A stretch of DNA of 56,601 nucleotides from a virus (lineage: Duplodnaviria > Caudoviricetes): positions 1-56,601 of the IMG/VR virus record IMGVR_UViG_3300020280_000004; one strand, 5' to 3'. The notes beneath the pieces are model-generated. The model was given only the letters and a program-made list of their open reading frames with translations. It was not told where the DNA came from and ran no database searches. Positions 19,701 to 28,418 of the stretch are shown here, piece after piece. Positions within the stretch are counted from its first letter, which is position 1. Every line of letters begins with the position of its first letter. Made by a program: the position numbers and the translations under genes.

Positions 19701-20788
19701 AATAGTAATTCTGCTAATTCTACTCTTTCAGGAATTTTAACACTTGATATACCGTTGTTAACTTGCGTTGGTAAATTATCTAATCCATTTTGAATTACAT
19801 CTGTGATTATTCCAAATAATGTTGTTACTCTTCCAGTTGCCGCGGCTTCGCCTGCACTTCCTAAAATTGTTTGTTGTGTTACCACTGGACTTTGTTTAGT
19901 AGTGTGTGCAACTCCAGGAATAATAAAATTATTAATAATGTTTCTTATTTCAGTTTTCGTTTGTATTTCTGGTTGTCTATTTCCTGTTAATACAGATACT
20001 TCGCCGTTCCAATATGTGCCTGCATTGTATCTTGACTGTTCGTTACCACCGTATCTTAAATCTTTAAGTATACCAGTAATATTGTAACCCATATCTCTTT
20101 CACAAAGATAACCGTCATACGTGTAATCTGCAAAAGGATAACTAGAAATAACTTCTGCTGGGAGTGTAATTATACCATTATCAATTGCATTAATGATAAC
20201 GTTCATGTTACTCTGCATTAAAGTTCTACCAGCCGATTCAGCATTAGAACCTGAAGTATTTTGTGTTAATCCTTCTGTGTTAATTGTTGAATTTGCCGCA
20301 CCAGTTAAGATGTAACTATGAATTAAGTTTCTTGCGTATGTTAAGTAATCAATTTCTGGATTACCTTGATCACCTAATTGTAATACACCGTCTACAAAAT
20401 ATGTGTTTGCCTGTGCCCTCATTCTTTCGTTACCGCCATATCTTGCATCTTTGTAAGCGGCGTTAACTACTTTTTCAACATCTGCTTTAATGTTTGCCGA
20501 TAATCCTGAGTAACCTGCGAATGGAGCCACGTTTCCTGCAACCTGATTTTCTACATATTTTGCAACTTCCGCCTTAATGTAGTTTAAGTTGTTTACTATT
20601 CTTGCTGACGTATTAGGATAAGCATCATAAGCCGTGTCAGTTGTAACTCTAGAAGCAATGTAAGCCGTTGCTTCATCTTTCAAATATTCTTGGTTGGCAT
20701 TGATTTGTGCCCAAGCATTAGGATATAGATTTCCTGTTGTAGGGATACCTGGTATAAATTTATAATTGTTTATTCGTCTTTTAGCCAT
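13778..20788 (-). CDS. Giant (2336 aa) virion structural / fibre protein with tandem repeats
   Basis: Gly/Thr/Ser-rich; eight G-x-x-(L/F)GG-x-x-x-AND-type repeats; N-terminal helical CxRD-type modules; DADFEYGLQPTKW segment. Confidence 0.75.
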   Translation of the reverse strand: MAKRRINNYKFIPGIPTTGNLYPNAWAQINANQEYLKDEATAYIASRVTTDTAYDAYPNTSARIVNNLNYIKAEVAKYVENQVAGNVAPFAGYSGLSANIKADVEKVVNAAYKDARYGGNERMRAQANTYFVDGVLQLGDQGNPEIDYLTYARNLIHSYILTGAANSTINTEGLTQNTSGSNAESAGRTLMQSNMNVIINAIDNGIITLPAEVISSYPFADYTYDGYLCERDMGYNITGILKDLRYGGNEQSRYNAGTYWNGEVSVLTGNRQPEIQTKTEIRNIINNFIIPGVAHTTKQSPVVTQQTILGSAGEAAATGRVTTLFGIITDVIQNGLDNLPTQVNNGISSVKIPERVELAELLLITNTTDNTVLYTFNDATQGATTSYKREYETDTSNTTAFVDPDFPKAYHGNDVITTIFLNADTSGDNATDELQIFVEDDEVRTRPHDFGTDAIERLRVAQPESMLDADFEYGLQPTKWQAIATQRGYPSIYEVPGTDFDIASVTSDASAGTQGIGSSLITVTTVGPHNFEAGQPFTITGFNNAVTGASRAAGSFVVNTIISSTQFTYYAKAKVASANPTTISTTNTQLREGNFYTGAAIGFPSFSVSSNGSSGSFQTALNALSGASILPYTGTTPPIGAPLSGTGIPTGTQITGTNGAGGSLASPNVTGDFLSGVTEITVADSAGIVQNSVIDRGDGFAVAITNIAGNNLTLSGPLTQNLIGDITNYTGLAGVNYTPAGQLATFDISRVGGNYSVVIAASGENYVVGDAIVVPGTSLGGSTPANDATVLVQSVDTGGEILTATISGSAFTGTGSTTGTSPTWQGGVGQGAQINVTKTNQSYSVALNSPSYTNTAVGTFPGAVGNGASFDITASAGSYSATINGAGTGYIQNDVIRIDGSVFGGTSANHANIRVTSVGGSGDITGISVLGSAPAQTVVYNTVAFTGGNGTSAAFNITRTGTSYSGAITNIGSNYQQNDVLTFLGTNLGGATTANDAQLTVTSVDGNGGILTFNVTGTAVDTKDYTAISSGANLSGVDGTFDISISGTSYSVAVNNAGNDYSVGQELLIAGTTLGGTSPANDVTVTVASITGSTGAGPINTITSSGTAALEGTSGYKVGDQFLVGGGDLGGAATTNDAIVSVGGVNGTGGITSLTIGGTGTDANVDYTSPAYTTSASGAGVVFDINRTGTTYSATFSDNGSGFIASETIDIAGTALGGTSPANDCQITVDTVSAGAVATFTVTGTAVNTAVYTNVNKAGRTGTGLSVDVTLGGGSYNVALNNPGANYGVNQVFKILGTDLFGTSPANDLEFTITAVNNLTGGVVTTIGSVTGTANTGTGNSLGVSGTNRTPQGVGAQFSITRSNQTDSSTDYTDVQITSLGSNYQVGDKLVIAGSSLGGQTPANDVTVRIQSVNTTGGVLAQTHSGTAVGGTGLSVYGSLSISETISQNIPQNATISYSALATMQVDFTTPHGLVPGNAFIVVIQSDDGANNHILASGPFLATAIPSATRLQYQVRSPGAITDSGWQGFVYARPDSFFVHRPFDGGVQLGTGGPSHGAQAIRQSKKYIRYQSGKGCMYTTGALFAPSYDLLTVSANGLTQGSTITVTTDDVDHNLQVGARVRLIGIATSGYDGTYTIASIVNERTFTVLATIALGGTVAEFTDQPQVSLYQWNGATVRSGIFDDQNGIYWEYDGQQTNAVQRTATRQLAGVVTVSPNSNTVAGTGTRFREQVKAGDRVVIRGMTHVVSSVASNTSMFVTPDYRGVNVSQGVKVCAVVDKKAKQSEFNRDKLDGGGKSGYNWDVSKMQMIGIQFSWYGAGFIDWMARGNKGDFVFAHRMRNSNINTEAFMRTGNQPVRYEVTNEGPNGRLELDMTSIQTSVPLVDASFFPDNGGTILIDNEIITYTGKTGDTLTGATRAATLTNFAAGSTRNYTAGSADTHFRNTGVVLISNTASPIISHWGSAYLTDGNFDEDRGYLFSYASTGLSLTTTKQTVFLLRLAPSVSNALTGDLGDRDLLNRAQLLLDGVEITTDVPAAGVNGQLVVQGVLNPQNYPIDPADIGWGDLKGPAQGGQPSFAQIAAGGSVNWNGGASQTTQTADTIAQMTATANHWFNLGGNRNYAYFLEAQWEGKGLRVGMSVTSGQFPSGTVVTQIIDYNSYYFVRFSNRHTGISSGQAVDFALGGDLTGTNFLYMDQTTWEASNAVSGTEVDTGYASFPPGTTVASVDPLDTFGASNFYRVTFTQTSTGTITAGSSVTFVFGQPPYAQPGETIFSFIAVPGERATLNLGAIKALTNTTLGGRGTFPNGPDVLAINVFRTAGTGAVAGTVTLRWSEAQA
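16570..18480 (-). repeat. Protein-level tandem ~80-aa repeats (LGGxxPAND) in the 2336-aa protein
   Basis: GTSLGGSTPAND, GSVFGGTSANH, GTNLGGATTAND, GTTLGGTSPAND, GGDLGGAATTND, GTALGGTSPAND, GTDLFGTSPAND, GSSLGGQTPAND. Confidence 0.8.
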
Positions 20789-20795
20789 TCTTTTT

Positions 20796-22652
20796 TTACG
20801 CTCCTAAGGCAATACTTAAAACTGTTGCAGTGTTATCTACATACGACTTTCTAGTTAAACTATTAGCCGTTGCCGGGCCACTTGTTACAGTAGCCGATGT
20901 AAATGCCGCCTGTGCCGCAGTTGTTAATCCTATTGTAGTACTATTTAACGTTCCTTGGGCCGAAACTATATTTGAAAAGGTTCCATTTTTAGGCACCGTT
21001 CCGCCCACTGTAACGTTATCTAGTGTGCCTGTAGCAAGGGGACTGATTGTTAATGTTCCACTGCCTTGAGGACTAATTGTAACATCTGCATTCGGTGTTA
21101 AGTTAACACTTCCAGTTGTTGTTAATTGTGCAGTGTTAACGTTCATATTGTTTATTATACCTGTAGTTTCAGGATTAATTGTTATTAAACCTGTTCCTGT
21201 AGGCTTCATTTCAATATTAGCATTTACACCGTTTTGAATTAAATTTCCTGTGTTAAGAATACTGCTGAATACACCAACACCAATTACAGATGGTTGTGTT
21301 ACCGTTACAGTACCAAATGGATTTCCGTCACTGTCAGCATAAAACATACTGTCTGGTGCATCTACTGGAACTGTATAACTTAAATTTCCAGTTTGTTGTC
21401 CTTGCGCCTGTGCATCAGTCAATGTTGTTGCAGTCGGAATATCTAAGTATGTACCTGGAGTAATTTGTGTAGTAATTAAAGAACGTAGATCATTTTGTAC
21501 AGCAGAAAAATTATTTGCTACTGTTGGAAATGCATACATCTTAACATCACTATAATCATAAAGTTTACTTCCGTTTGGTTGTAAATCACCTGATGTAATT
21601 TTTGCACCGTTGTAAACGTTTGCTCTTGCCATAGCAAAAACCGAATCTATACCACCATACAAAGTTTGATTTAAATATGTTCCGCCATTAAACAAAAAGT
21701 TAAGTTCTTGTTCACCATTAAACATTAAAATTTTTCTTTGTCCAATTGGTGTGACTTCTGTCCATGCAATTTCTGTAGACGTATCGTTATCTACACTAGT
21801 CAAAGAGTAATTGTAAAATTTATTTAAGGTAGAGTTGTATTGATCTAAATGTAAAAGTCCATTGTAACAAATAATATGTTTAATTGTTGCAGATTGATTG
21901 TATGCTGAATATTGTAAAGCCAACTGTGCACCATTTCCAAATCCAATTATTGTAATTTCTCTTGTGTCAACATTGTCATAATTTTCTAAATCCGCAATTA
22001 TTGAATCTAATAAAGCAATATCATCAGCCTTACTTGCTTGATATCCTACGTTCCATGTGTTCAAATAACCTTGAGGTGCAATTAATACTGAATTCGTAAT
22101 ATAGTTAATTGACGCTAAACCTGTTGTACTATTACTACCTGATTCGTGTAATGCAATTACAACTGGTAATTTTTTTGTAGCGAATGCTGTGCCAGTGGTA
22201 TCTGGTACAAAATATTGTGCTGTTCTGTTTGCACCTGTTGTTTCCTGTTGCCAAGTTTGTGCAAAATTTCTACTGCCTGAAGTTAAAGTTGCACCAGTAA
22301 CAATATTTGTGTGTGATAATCCTGTGCTGTATAATTCACCTGGTATAGCACTGTTATTAGTGTCTGCTTTAAAAATGTTAAATGCTAAACTATTTAAATT
22401 TAAATTAATTGAATAAGTTTTACCTCTTTCAAATGTAATTGTAGGATTATTTCCTGAGACTGCTGTGCCGTCTTGTTTCCATGTAAATGCACCTGCAGTT
22501 TCATTCACATTAAAATCAGGAACAACTGCTGGAACTGGTGGAGTATACGTGTTTGTAATTGTACGGACAGTTACGTTACCTGCCGTATCAACTGAGAAAC
22601 CTGTACTTTTAAAACCACTTTCACTTATAAAAGGTCTTTTTACTACTGCCAT
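20796..22652 (-). CDS. Virion structural protein with inserted alpha/beta-hydrolase (PHB-depolymerase/LpqC-like) domain, likely inactive
   Basis: LPVVIALHESG...LIAPQGYLNTWN...DDIALLDSII...VDTREITIIGFGNGA; C-terminal fibre-like IG.TT....FT repeats. Confidence 0.65.
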   Translation of the reverse strand: MAVVKRPFISESGFKSTGFSVDTAGNVTVRTITNTYTPPVPAVVPDFNVNETAGAFTWKQDGTAVSGNNPTITFERGKTYSINLNLNSLAFNIFKADTNNSAIPGELYSTGLSHTNIVTGATLTSGSRNFAQTWQQETTGANRTAQYFVPDTTGTAFATKKLPVVIALHESGSNSTTGLASINYITNSVLIAPQGYLNTWNVGYQASKADDIALLDSIIADLENYDNVDTREITIIGFGNGAQLALQYSAYNQSATIKHIICYNGLLHLDQYNSTLNKFYNYSLTSVDNDTSTEIAWTEVTPIGQRKILMFNGEQELNFLFNGGTYLNQTLYGGIDSVFAMARANVYNGAKITSGDLQPNGSKLYDYSDVKMYAFPTVANNFSAVQNDLRSLITTQITPGTYLDIPTATTLTDAQAQGQQTGNLSYTVPVDAPDSMFYADSDGNPFGTVTVTQPSVIGVGVFSSILNTGNLIQNGVNANIEMKPTGTGLITINPETTGIINNMNVNTAQLTTTGSVNLTPNADVTISPQGSGTLTISPLATGTLDNVTVGGTVPKNGTFSNIVSAQGTLNSTTIGLTTAAQAAFTSATVTSGPATANSLTRKSYVDNTATVLSIALGA

Positions 22653-22653
22653 A

Positions 22654-23088
22654 TTAACTTGTTACCTGCGTTCCTCCCACTAATGCGTTTTGTGTTGCAA
22701 AATAAGTGGCACTGAATATTATTTTTGATCCTGAATATTTCTCTGTTTGAGACTTATCCGTAGGACTTACTGTTATTTTACATAATGAATTATCAACAGT
22801 GCTATCTATTGTAATTAAATCATTACCTAAATTAGTTCTTGCGTATATTGTTAATGCTGACTGGTTGGGACTTGCTGTAACCAGCATTTTAATAAGTTCT
22901 TTATTATTTGTATCATAATCAACTTGGATTGCGTATTCAGCCGATGAAAACGTGTTCACGTGGAACTTGTCTAATACTAGACCGTCCTCTACAACTCCAT
23001 ATGGCCCATTGTGTGAAAAATTCAATCCGTTCTTTAAAAGAAGCGTATTTTTATCACCCTTGCCAAAAAATCTTGATACATCAAACAT
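22654..23088 (-). CDS. Hypothetical protein, probable virion component
   Basis: 144-aa ORF with TAAATA at 23113-23118 upstream; co-oriented with the fibre genes. Confidence 0.6.
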   Translation of the reverse strand: MFDVSRFFGKGDKNTLLLKNGLNFSHNGPYGVVEDGLVLDKFHVNTFSSAEYAIQVDYDTNNKELIKMLVTASPNQSALTIYARTNLGNDLITIDSTVDNSLCKITVSPTDKSQTEKYSGSKIIFSATYFATQNALVGGTQVTS

Positions 23089-23155
23089 AGTCGAAAATCC
23101 CTTGTTATAGTGTATTTACCTAATTGATAAGAGTTGTGGAATACGTAGATATAGG

Positions 23156-24136
23156 TTATTTGCGGTTGTTTTTACCGTGTTTGATAAGTCTTTGTGCTGA
23201 CTTCACTATACGAGTCTCAGTTTCCTCATCCATAGCCATTATACCCTCATTTAGCCTGTCAGAAAACTCATCTGAAGTAACTCTTATAGGACTATACACA
23301 CGTTCATCTTTTCCAAGATCAATTACATCAAATTTTTCGTCATCTGGAAAACTTGTATTGATAGGATACGTAGATCCAATGATAACCGTTGCTGATTTAT
23401 TATATGCATGGGCAATATGTTGACCAACAGAGTCACAACCAACGAAATGATCAGCCTGTTGTATAATACCCATCCAAACTCTAATGTGCGTTCCCATAGG
23501 AAGAGCAACAGGTTTATTAGGTATGTGTTTGCCAAAATCTAAAGGAAATTCGCTCATTACCATAACGCCATAATCTTTAGATAATTTCCTTACAATATTC
23601 CAAACATTTTTAAGTTCTATACTTCTACCTGTTGTGTCTATAATATCAGGTTGTTTTTCTTTGTTCTTTTCGTCTAATTTTTCTGGTTGAGCGCCTCTGC
23701 CGAAAGGTTGTAGTACTACAATTTTATCTTTTCCCGTTTTTTCTTTGACTTCTGTAATCATTTTCCTTGCAAGTAGCATTTCTTCTTTGCTTAATCTTAA
23801 ATTTGCCCTTGGAAGGTCTCTTATTCCTTTATCATTTATCGCTATATCATATGCCTGTCCTAGACTACATTTTTGATTGTAGTATTCCCATATTCTATAA
23901 GGCTCTGGAGACAATAAATCTCTGTCTTTTAATAAATCTTGAAATAAATTTTTATGCCAATTGTCATATGCTCTGTAATGAAGTTTAGGATGTCCTTTAT
24001 AAGCATCAGTGCCACCTTCGCAAATAATTATAGGATCTTTATCTGCGTTTTCTTCTACGTATTTTTCTATTGCAGGTATAGAACTTATGCTTCTACCCAT
24101 TCCCCCATTTACAAATATTGCTGTTTTTCTATCCAT
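23156..24136 (-). CDS. GT9-like (ADP-heptose heptosyltransferase fold) glycosyltransferase, paralogue A
   Basis: NGGMGRSISSIPAI at the N-terminus, VVLQPFG, ADHFVGCDSVGQHIAHA...VIIGST resembling the GT9 DSG..H.A.A motif. Confidence 0.65.
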   Translation of the reverse strand: MDRKTAIFVNGGMGRSISSIPAIEKYVEENADKDPIIICEGGTDAYKGHPKLHYRAYDNWHKNLFQDLLKDRDLLSPEPYRIWEYYNQKCSLGQAYDIAINDKGIRDLPRANLRLSKEEMLLARKMITEVKEKTGKDKIVVLQPFGRGAQPEKLDEKNKEKQPDIIDTTGRSIELKNVWNIVRKLSKDYGVMVMSEFPLDFGKHIPNKPVALPMGTHIRVWMGIIQQADHFVGCDSVGQHIAHAYNKSATVIIGSTYPINTSFPDDEKFDVIDLGKDERVYSPIRVTSDEFSDRLNEGIMAMDEETETRIVKSAQRLIKHGKNNRK

Positions 24137-25961
24137 TCATAACCTTTACTATTTTTTTATACTCTGGCAAGTATAGATATTCAATTTCGCTGTGTTGTAG
24201 TGTTCTTACTGCATCTTCTAAAGTTTCTACCAATGGTTCTCCACCTAAATTAAATGATGTGTTGAAAATAATAGGACAATCTGTTTGTTTATGGAACTCT
24301 TTGATTAAATCATAATACAAAGGATTTTGTTCACGCTTCACAGATTGTATTCTGCAAGTGCCATCAACGTGTATTATGCTAGGAATTTTCTCTTCAATTC
24401 CTGGTTGACAATTTACAGCATACATCATATGAGGAGTTTCTTCCATTCCTCGTAGATCAAACCAATCATGTACATAATCATGAAGTATTGTTCCAGCAAA
24501 AGGTCTAAAATATTCACGTTTTTTCACTCTGTTAACATAATCTTTTCCATCTTTGAATCTAGGATCAAACAATATACTTCTATTACCTAATGCTCTTGGA
24601 CCGTTTTCACTTTGCCCTTGGAAAATTGACACAATATTTTTATCTTTTAGTAGTTGGACCACTTGAGAATCATCACAATCTTCTAAAATTACGCCTGGTC
24701 TTTGACATATTTCACTAATTTGTTCCTGTGTATATTCTCTTTTTGGTCCTAAATATAAAGTTGGAGCATCTACTTTCTTTTCTTTTGTTTGTGTTAGGCT
24801 GTAATAAAACAACATAGCCGCACCCATAGCCGTTCCCGCATCGTTTGACACTGGTTCAGCATATAATTTTATTCCGTCTTTTTGTAAACTTTCAAGATAA
24901 TAATAGTTTGCAACACAATTTAATCCATAACCTCCTGAAAATACAACATTTTTACATCCGCTCATTTGAACTGCTTTGTAAATTAAATCCAAACACTGTT
25001 TCTGTGTTTCTTTTTGTACGGCATAAGCCATGTCTCTTCTGTTTTGCATTCTTGTCCAGTCTTTGCTGTCTTCGGAATCAGGATTTTGATCTACAAAAGG
25101 ATAAATTTGACTGTTGACCTGTGCCGCATTTGGATACGTTGGAATAATAAAGTTTCTATTTGATAATTCAAACTTTCCTTCCTTTTGGAATAATGGTGGA
25201 ATAACATCATTTTGTTTTCCGTAAGGAAATAATCCCATAGTCTTTCCTGCTTCAATGGCACTAAATCCACAATACTGAGTTACTGCTTCATAAGTTTTTG
25301 TTATTCCTGCTTTGTCTGTGAATAATGCTTCATGAGTTTTTCCTGGCTCGCTTATACTCTCCGAATCCATGTTAGGATAGTAACCACCTGGACTTGCTGT
25401 GCCTGTTCCGTAGTGTTTGTATAATGCATAGATATCATTTGGATAATCACAACTGAATATACTTTCAACTTCAAAAACAGTCATATCACCTGCTACACTA
25501 TTTTTTATAGGAATAAATGTTCCTGCACCATCAACAATTACTGCAACTGCCTTGTCGAAGCCTGATCTATAAAAGGCACACGCCGCATGAAGTTTGTGAT
25601 GTATATGTGACAAGTCAATCACTTGTGGATGTTCAATTTTATGTATGTATGGATCTATTAATCCTAATTTTCTTGCAATACCTGTGTAAACATCATCTCC
25701 TGAGTAGTCTACTCTTCCTGTTGAAGGATCTTTCAATGATTGTGTATGTGCAATTACTAGATAATCTATCTTGTCTGTGTATTTTAAAATTTCAAACATA
25801 GAAGCATATGGTCCACCGTCATACTTTCTTCTAGATAATCTTTCTTCTTCTATTGAAAAAACTATTTTTCCGTCTTTTAGTAAACACACTCCAGCATTAT
25901 GACCTCTTGCCACTGCGGCAATGTATCCTGTCTTGTTGTATTTTGTTAAATCGTCGCTCAT
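24129..25961 (-). CDS. Carbamoyltransferase (NodU/CmcH/TobZ family)
   Basis: EEERLSRRKYD, HHKLHAACAF, VDGAG, GKTMGL, GGYGLNCVAN, NDAGTAMG, ENGPRALGNRSIL, KREYFRPFA, HVDGTCRIQ, NTSFNLGGEPLVET. Confidence 0.93.
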   Translation of the reverse strand: MSDDLTKYNKTGYIAAVARGHNAGVCLLKDGKIVFSIEEERLSRRKYDGGPYASMFEILKYTDKIDYLVIAHTQSLKDPSTGRVDYSGDDVYTGIARKLGLIDPYIHKIEHPQVIDLSHIHHKLHAACAFYRSGFDKAVAVIVDGAGTFIPIKNSVAGDMTVFEVESIFSCDYPNDIYALYKHYGTGTASPGGYYPNMDSESISEPGKTHEALFTDKAGITKTYEAVTQYCGFSAIEAGKTMGLFPYGKQNDVIPPLFQKEGKFELSNRNFIIPTYPNAAQVNSQIYPFVDQNPDSEDSKDWTRMQNRRDMAYAVQKETQKQCLDLIYKAVQMSGCKNVVFSGGYGLNCVANYYYLESLQKDGIKLYAEPVSNDAGTAMGAAMLFYYSLTQTKEKKVDAPTLYLGPKREYTQEQISEICQRPGVILEDCDDSQVVQLLKDKNIVSIFQGQSENGPRALGNRSILFDPRFKDGKDYVNRVKKREYFRPFAGTILHDYVHDWFDLRGMEETPHMMYAVNCQPGIEEKIPSIIHVDGTCRIQSVKREQNPLYYDLIKEFHKQTDCPIIFNTSFNLGGEPLVETLEDAVRTLQHSEIEYLYLPEYKKIVKVMNG

Positions 25962-25962
25962 A

Positions 25963-26913
25963 TTATTCCTCTATTGGGTCTCCGTTTACAGCAGACACTA
26001 CATAGTCTTCTATTTCGGGAGTCATCATCATAATTCTCTCGTGCTTTCTGCTTATTCTTTCGTCAAAACTTATTCTTATTGGATCATATTCTCTATCGAA
26101 CTGTCCCATATCAATAATTGTAAAATTTTTATCATTAGGATAAGTTGTATTGATAGGATACGTTGCACCCATTACTACACTCGCAGGAGTTTCCATCGCT
26201 TTTGCAAGATGTTGTCCTACACTGTCGCAACCAAGAAAGTGATCTGCGTATTTTATCAAACCTGCCCATTTACGTAAGTCTGGTATTTCAGGAATTGCTA
26301 CCTCATCTTTAAATCCTGCATCTTTAAATTCTATTCCGAATTCACTCATTATGCATACTGCCCAATCTTTTTCTTGTAATTTTTTTATTATTTGTTTTAA
26401 ATTACTGAATTCTATACTCCTATTGCTTTTATCTACAAATGAATTGTCTATTTGTGTAATTGCACGTCCAAAAGGTTGTAAAATAACTAATTTTTCTTTT
26501 TTTACTTTCTTTTTGATTTCGTCAATTGCTTTTCTTCCTTCTAATAATTCTTCTTTACTTAAAATTAAAGTTGGTGCAGGTAATTCTCTGATTCCTTTCT
26601 TGTTAATTAATATATCGAATGCTTGAGCAATGTCACATTTTTGATTAAAATATTCATTTAATCTGTAAGGCTCTGGACTTACAATATCCATGTTAATTAA
26701 TTTTGTATGAAATAAATTTTTATGGTACATATCATAAGTTTTATTATCTAAAGTAGGATGACCATTCATAATGTTACATATTCCTTCTATAACTATTATG
26801 AAATCAGGATCTTCTTTTGCTTCGTAATATTTTTCTAAGGCAGGTATAGCAGATATAATTCTGCCCATTCCACCATTTAAAAAGAAAGCCTTAGGTCTTT
26901 TTGAATTGCTCAT
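25963..26913 (-). CDS. GT9-like glycosyltransferase, paralogue B
   Basis: NGGMGRIISAIPALEKY, SPEPYR, ILQPFGR, ADHFLGCDSVGQHLAKA; clearly paralogous to 23156-24136; TAAATA 6 nt before the ATG. Confidence 0.65.
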   Translation of the reverse strand: MSNSKRPKAFFLNGGMGRIISAIPALEKYYEAKEDPDFIIVIEGICNIMNGHPTLDNKTYDMYHKNLFHTKLINMDIVSPEPYRLNEYFNQKCDIAQAFDILINKKGIRELPAPTLILSKEELLEGRKAIDEIKKKVKKEKLVILQPFGRAITQIDNSFVDKSNRSIEFSNLKQIIKKLQEKDWAVCIMSEFGIEFKDAGFKDEVAIPEIPDLRKWAGLIKYADHFLGCDSVGQHLAKAMETPASVVMGATYPINTTYPNDKNFTIIDMGQFDREYDPIRISFDERISRKHERIMMMTPEIEDYVVSAVNGDPIEE

Positions 26914-26958
26914 ATAATTTATTTAATGATTGGGTTATTCCAGGAGTGTTAAGTCTGA

Positions 26959-27687
26959 TTAAGGTTTATAATTAGGCAGAGGAGGAAATTTTATTTTCCA
27001 ATGCTTAATATTTTTGTATGTTTCGGGCACTGTTTTAAGCCATTCACCATATTTTTTTATGTATTCTATATCTTCTGGCTTATAAACATTTCTTTTTAAT
27101 TCGCGTTCTGTGTCTCTTATGTGTACTTGTATCAAATCGTCAAAACTTTCTCTTTGAATAATGTGTTCTCTAAATTTAGGCTTACTAAATTTACCATCAT
27201 TGTAATACATCGAATTTACATAATAAATTTGTGCTAGAACGCCAGTTTCTGGAGTGTGATGGTAGTCCCAAACTTCTGGCTTGCCCCAAAAATCTGTTGT
27301 GCCAAGTTCCTCTTCGTAATTTGGTATGTCCTCATGATAATATCTTCCAGTGATATATGCCGCTTCCCATGGATGTTCTCTTGCATCTATTACAAAACTA
27401 TCACAACCTTCGTCATGATTAATTTTTCTGGACTCTATTTCTTTCATTGTGTGAGCATCAGTCAATACTTCTAATATAAGTCCGTCACTGATTCTTCTAT
27501 TAACTTTGATGTAATTCATTCCTATGTAAAAGCATTCGTGCGTTATGCCTTCACTGAAATCATCTACATATGGTTGATTTGGTAAATTTACGGTGAATGG
27601 AATTTTGTTATTGATGAAAGTCAGATGATTCATATCATCTTCTGAGTATTTGTCTTCCCTAGGTACTGCTAAATCTTTGTAAGGCAT
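26959..27687 (-). CDS. Hypothetical protein, tail-fibre-assembly-chaperone-like, paralogue A
   Basis: Shares AYITG.Y, YEE.LGTTD, TGV.AQIY and HWKI.FP..P with 27731-28375; the C-terminus resembles Tfa-type endings. Confidence 0.5.
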   Translation of the reverse strand: MPYKDLAVPREDKYSEDDMNHLTFINNKIPFTVNLPNQPYVDDFSEGITHECFYIGMNYIKVNRRISDGLILEVLTDAHTMKEIESRKINHDEGCDSFVIDAREHPWEAAYITGRYYHEDIPNYEEELGTTDFWGKPEVWDYHHTPETGVLAQIYYVNSMYYNDGKFSKPKFREHIIQRESFDDLIQVHIRDTERELKRNVYKPEDIEYIKKYGEWLKTVPETYKNIKHWKIKFPPLPNYKP

Positions 27688-27730
27688 ATTCGTACTTATT
27701 TTGTGTACGAAACCTTACTTTAAAAAATGA

Positions 27731-28375
27731 TTACTTGTAGTCTGGTTGTTGTGGGAACGGAATCTTCCAGTGGTCTTTACCTGAATACTTCGTGCTTAAA
27801 CCTTCTAGTGTAGTTTTGTAAGCATTGATTGCCGTTTTTTCTTCATCTGAGTAAACGTCTCTTGCCGCTTCTGTTGTTGCGTTAGCAATATGTCCGTTTA
27901 CTGACTCTGTGAATTCTGCTTCTGTAACTGAGTGTGTTCTTACTGTTGGTTCTACTATTGCACCATCTTCAAATTTCATTGTACCTTGATCGTAAATTTG
28001 TGCAATTACACCTGTACCATCGTGCCAGTAAAAAGTCCATTTCTCTGCGTCGCCGTTCTCATCTGTTGTGCCTAAATCTTCTTCGTAATCAGCAACGTCA
28101 CCTGTTGTATAAAAACCTGTTATGTATGCAACCCATTTTGTATCAACATCTGCGTCTAAAGTTGTTGATGAATGTCCTTCTGCTACTGGGTTACCTGCAA
28201 ATTCTGCCTCTGTGTCACCTTCGTCAATCCAGTTACCAACAATTTTAGTATCATTGTTGTACTCGATTTTAATGTAACGTGGACCTTTGTAAGTTCCAGT
28301 AATTTTTGCATTACCACTAAAGTCGTTCTTTAATGGTTCATTTGGCATTGCTATATCAAATTCTTTTGTAAACAT
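27731..28375 (-). CDS. Hypothetical protein, tail-fibre-assembly-chaperone-like, paralogue B
   Basis: Acidic 214 aa; C-terminal AYKTTLEGL...HWKIPFPQQP; follows the Cys-rich trio; ATAAATA at 28399-28405. Confidence 0.5.
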   Translation of the reverse strand: MFTKEFDIAMPNEPLKNDFSGNAKITGTYKGPRYIKIEYNNDTKIVGNWIDEGDTEAEFAGNPVAEGHSSTTLDADVDTKWVAYITGFYTTGDVADYEEDLGTTDENGDAEKWTFYWHDGTGVIAQIYDQGTMKFEDGAIVEPTVRTHSVTEAEFTESVNGHIANATTEAARDVYSDEEKTAINAYKTTLEGLSTKYSGKDHWKIPFPQQPDYK

Positions 28376-28418
28376 AGTTTTATATCCTCTTACAGTTTTA
28401 TTTATCTAACTTCAATTA

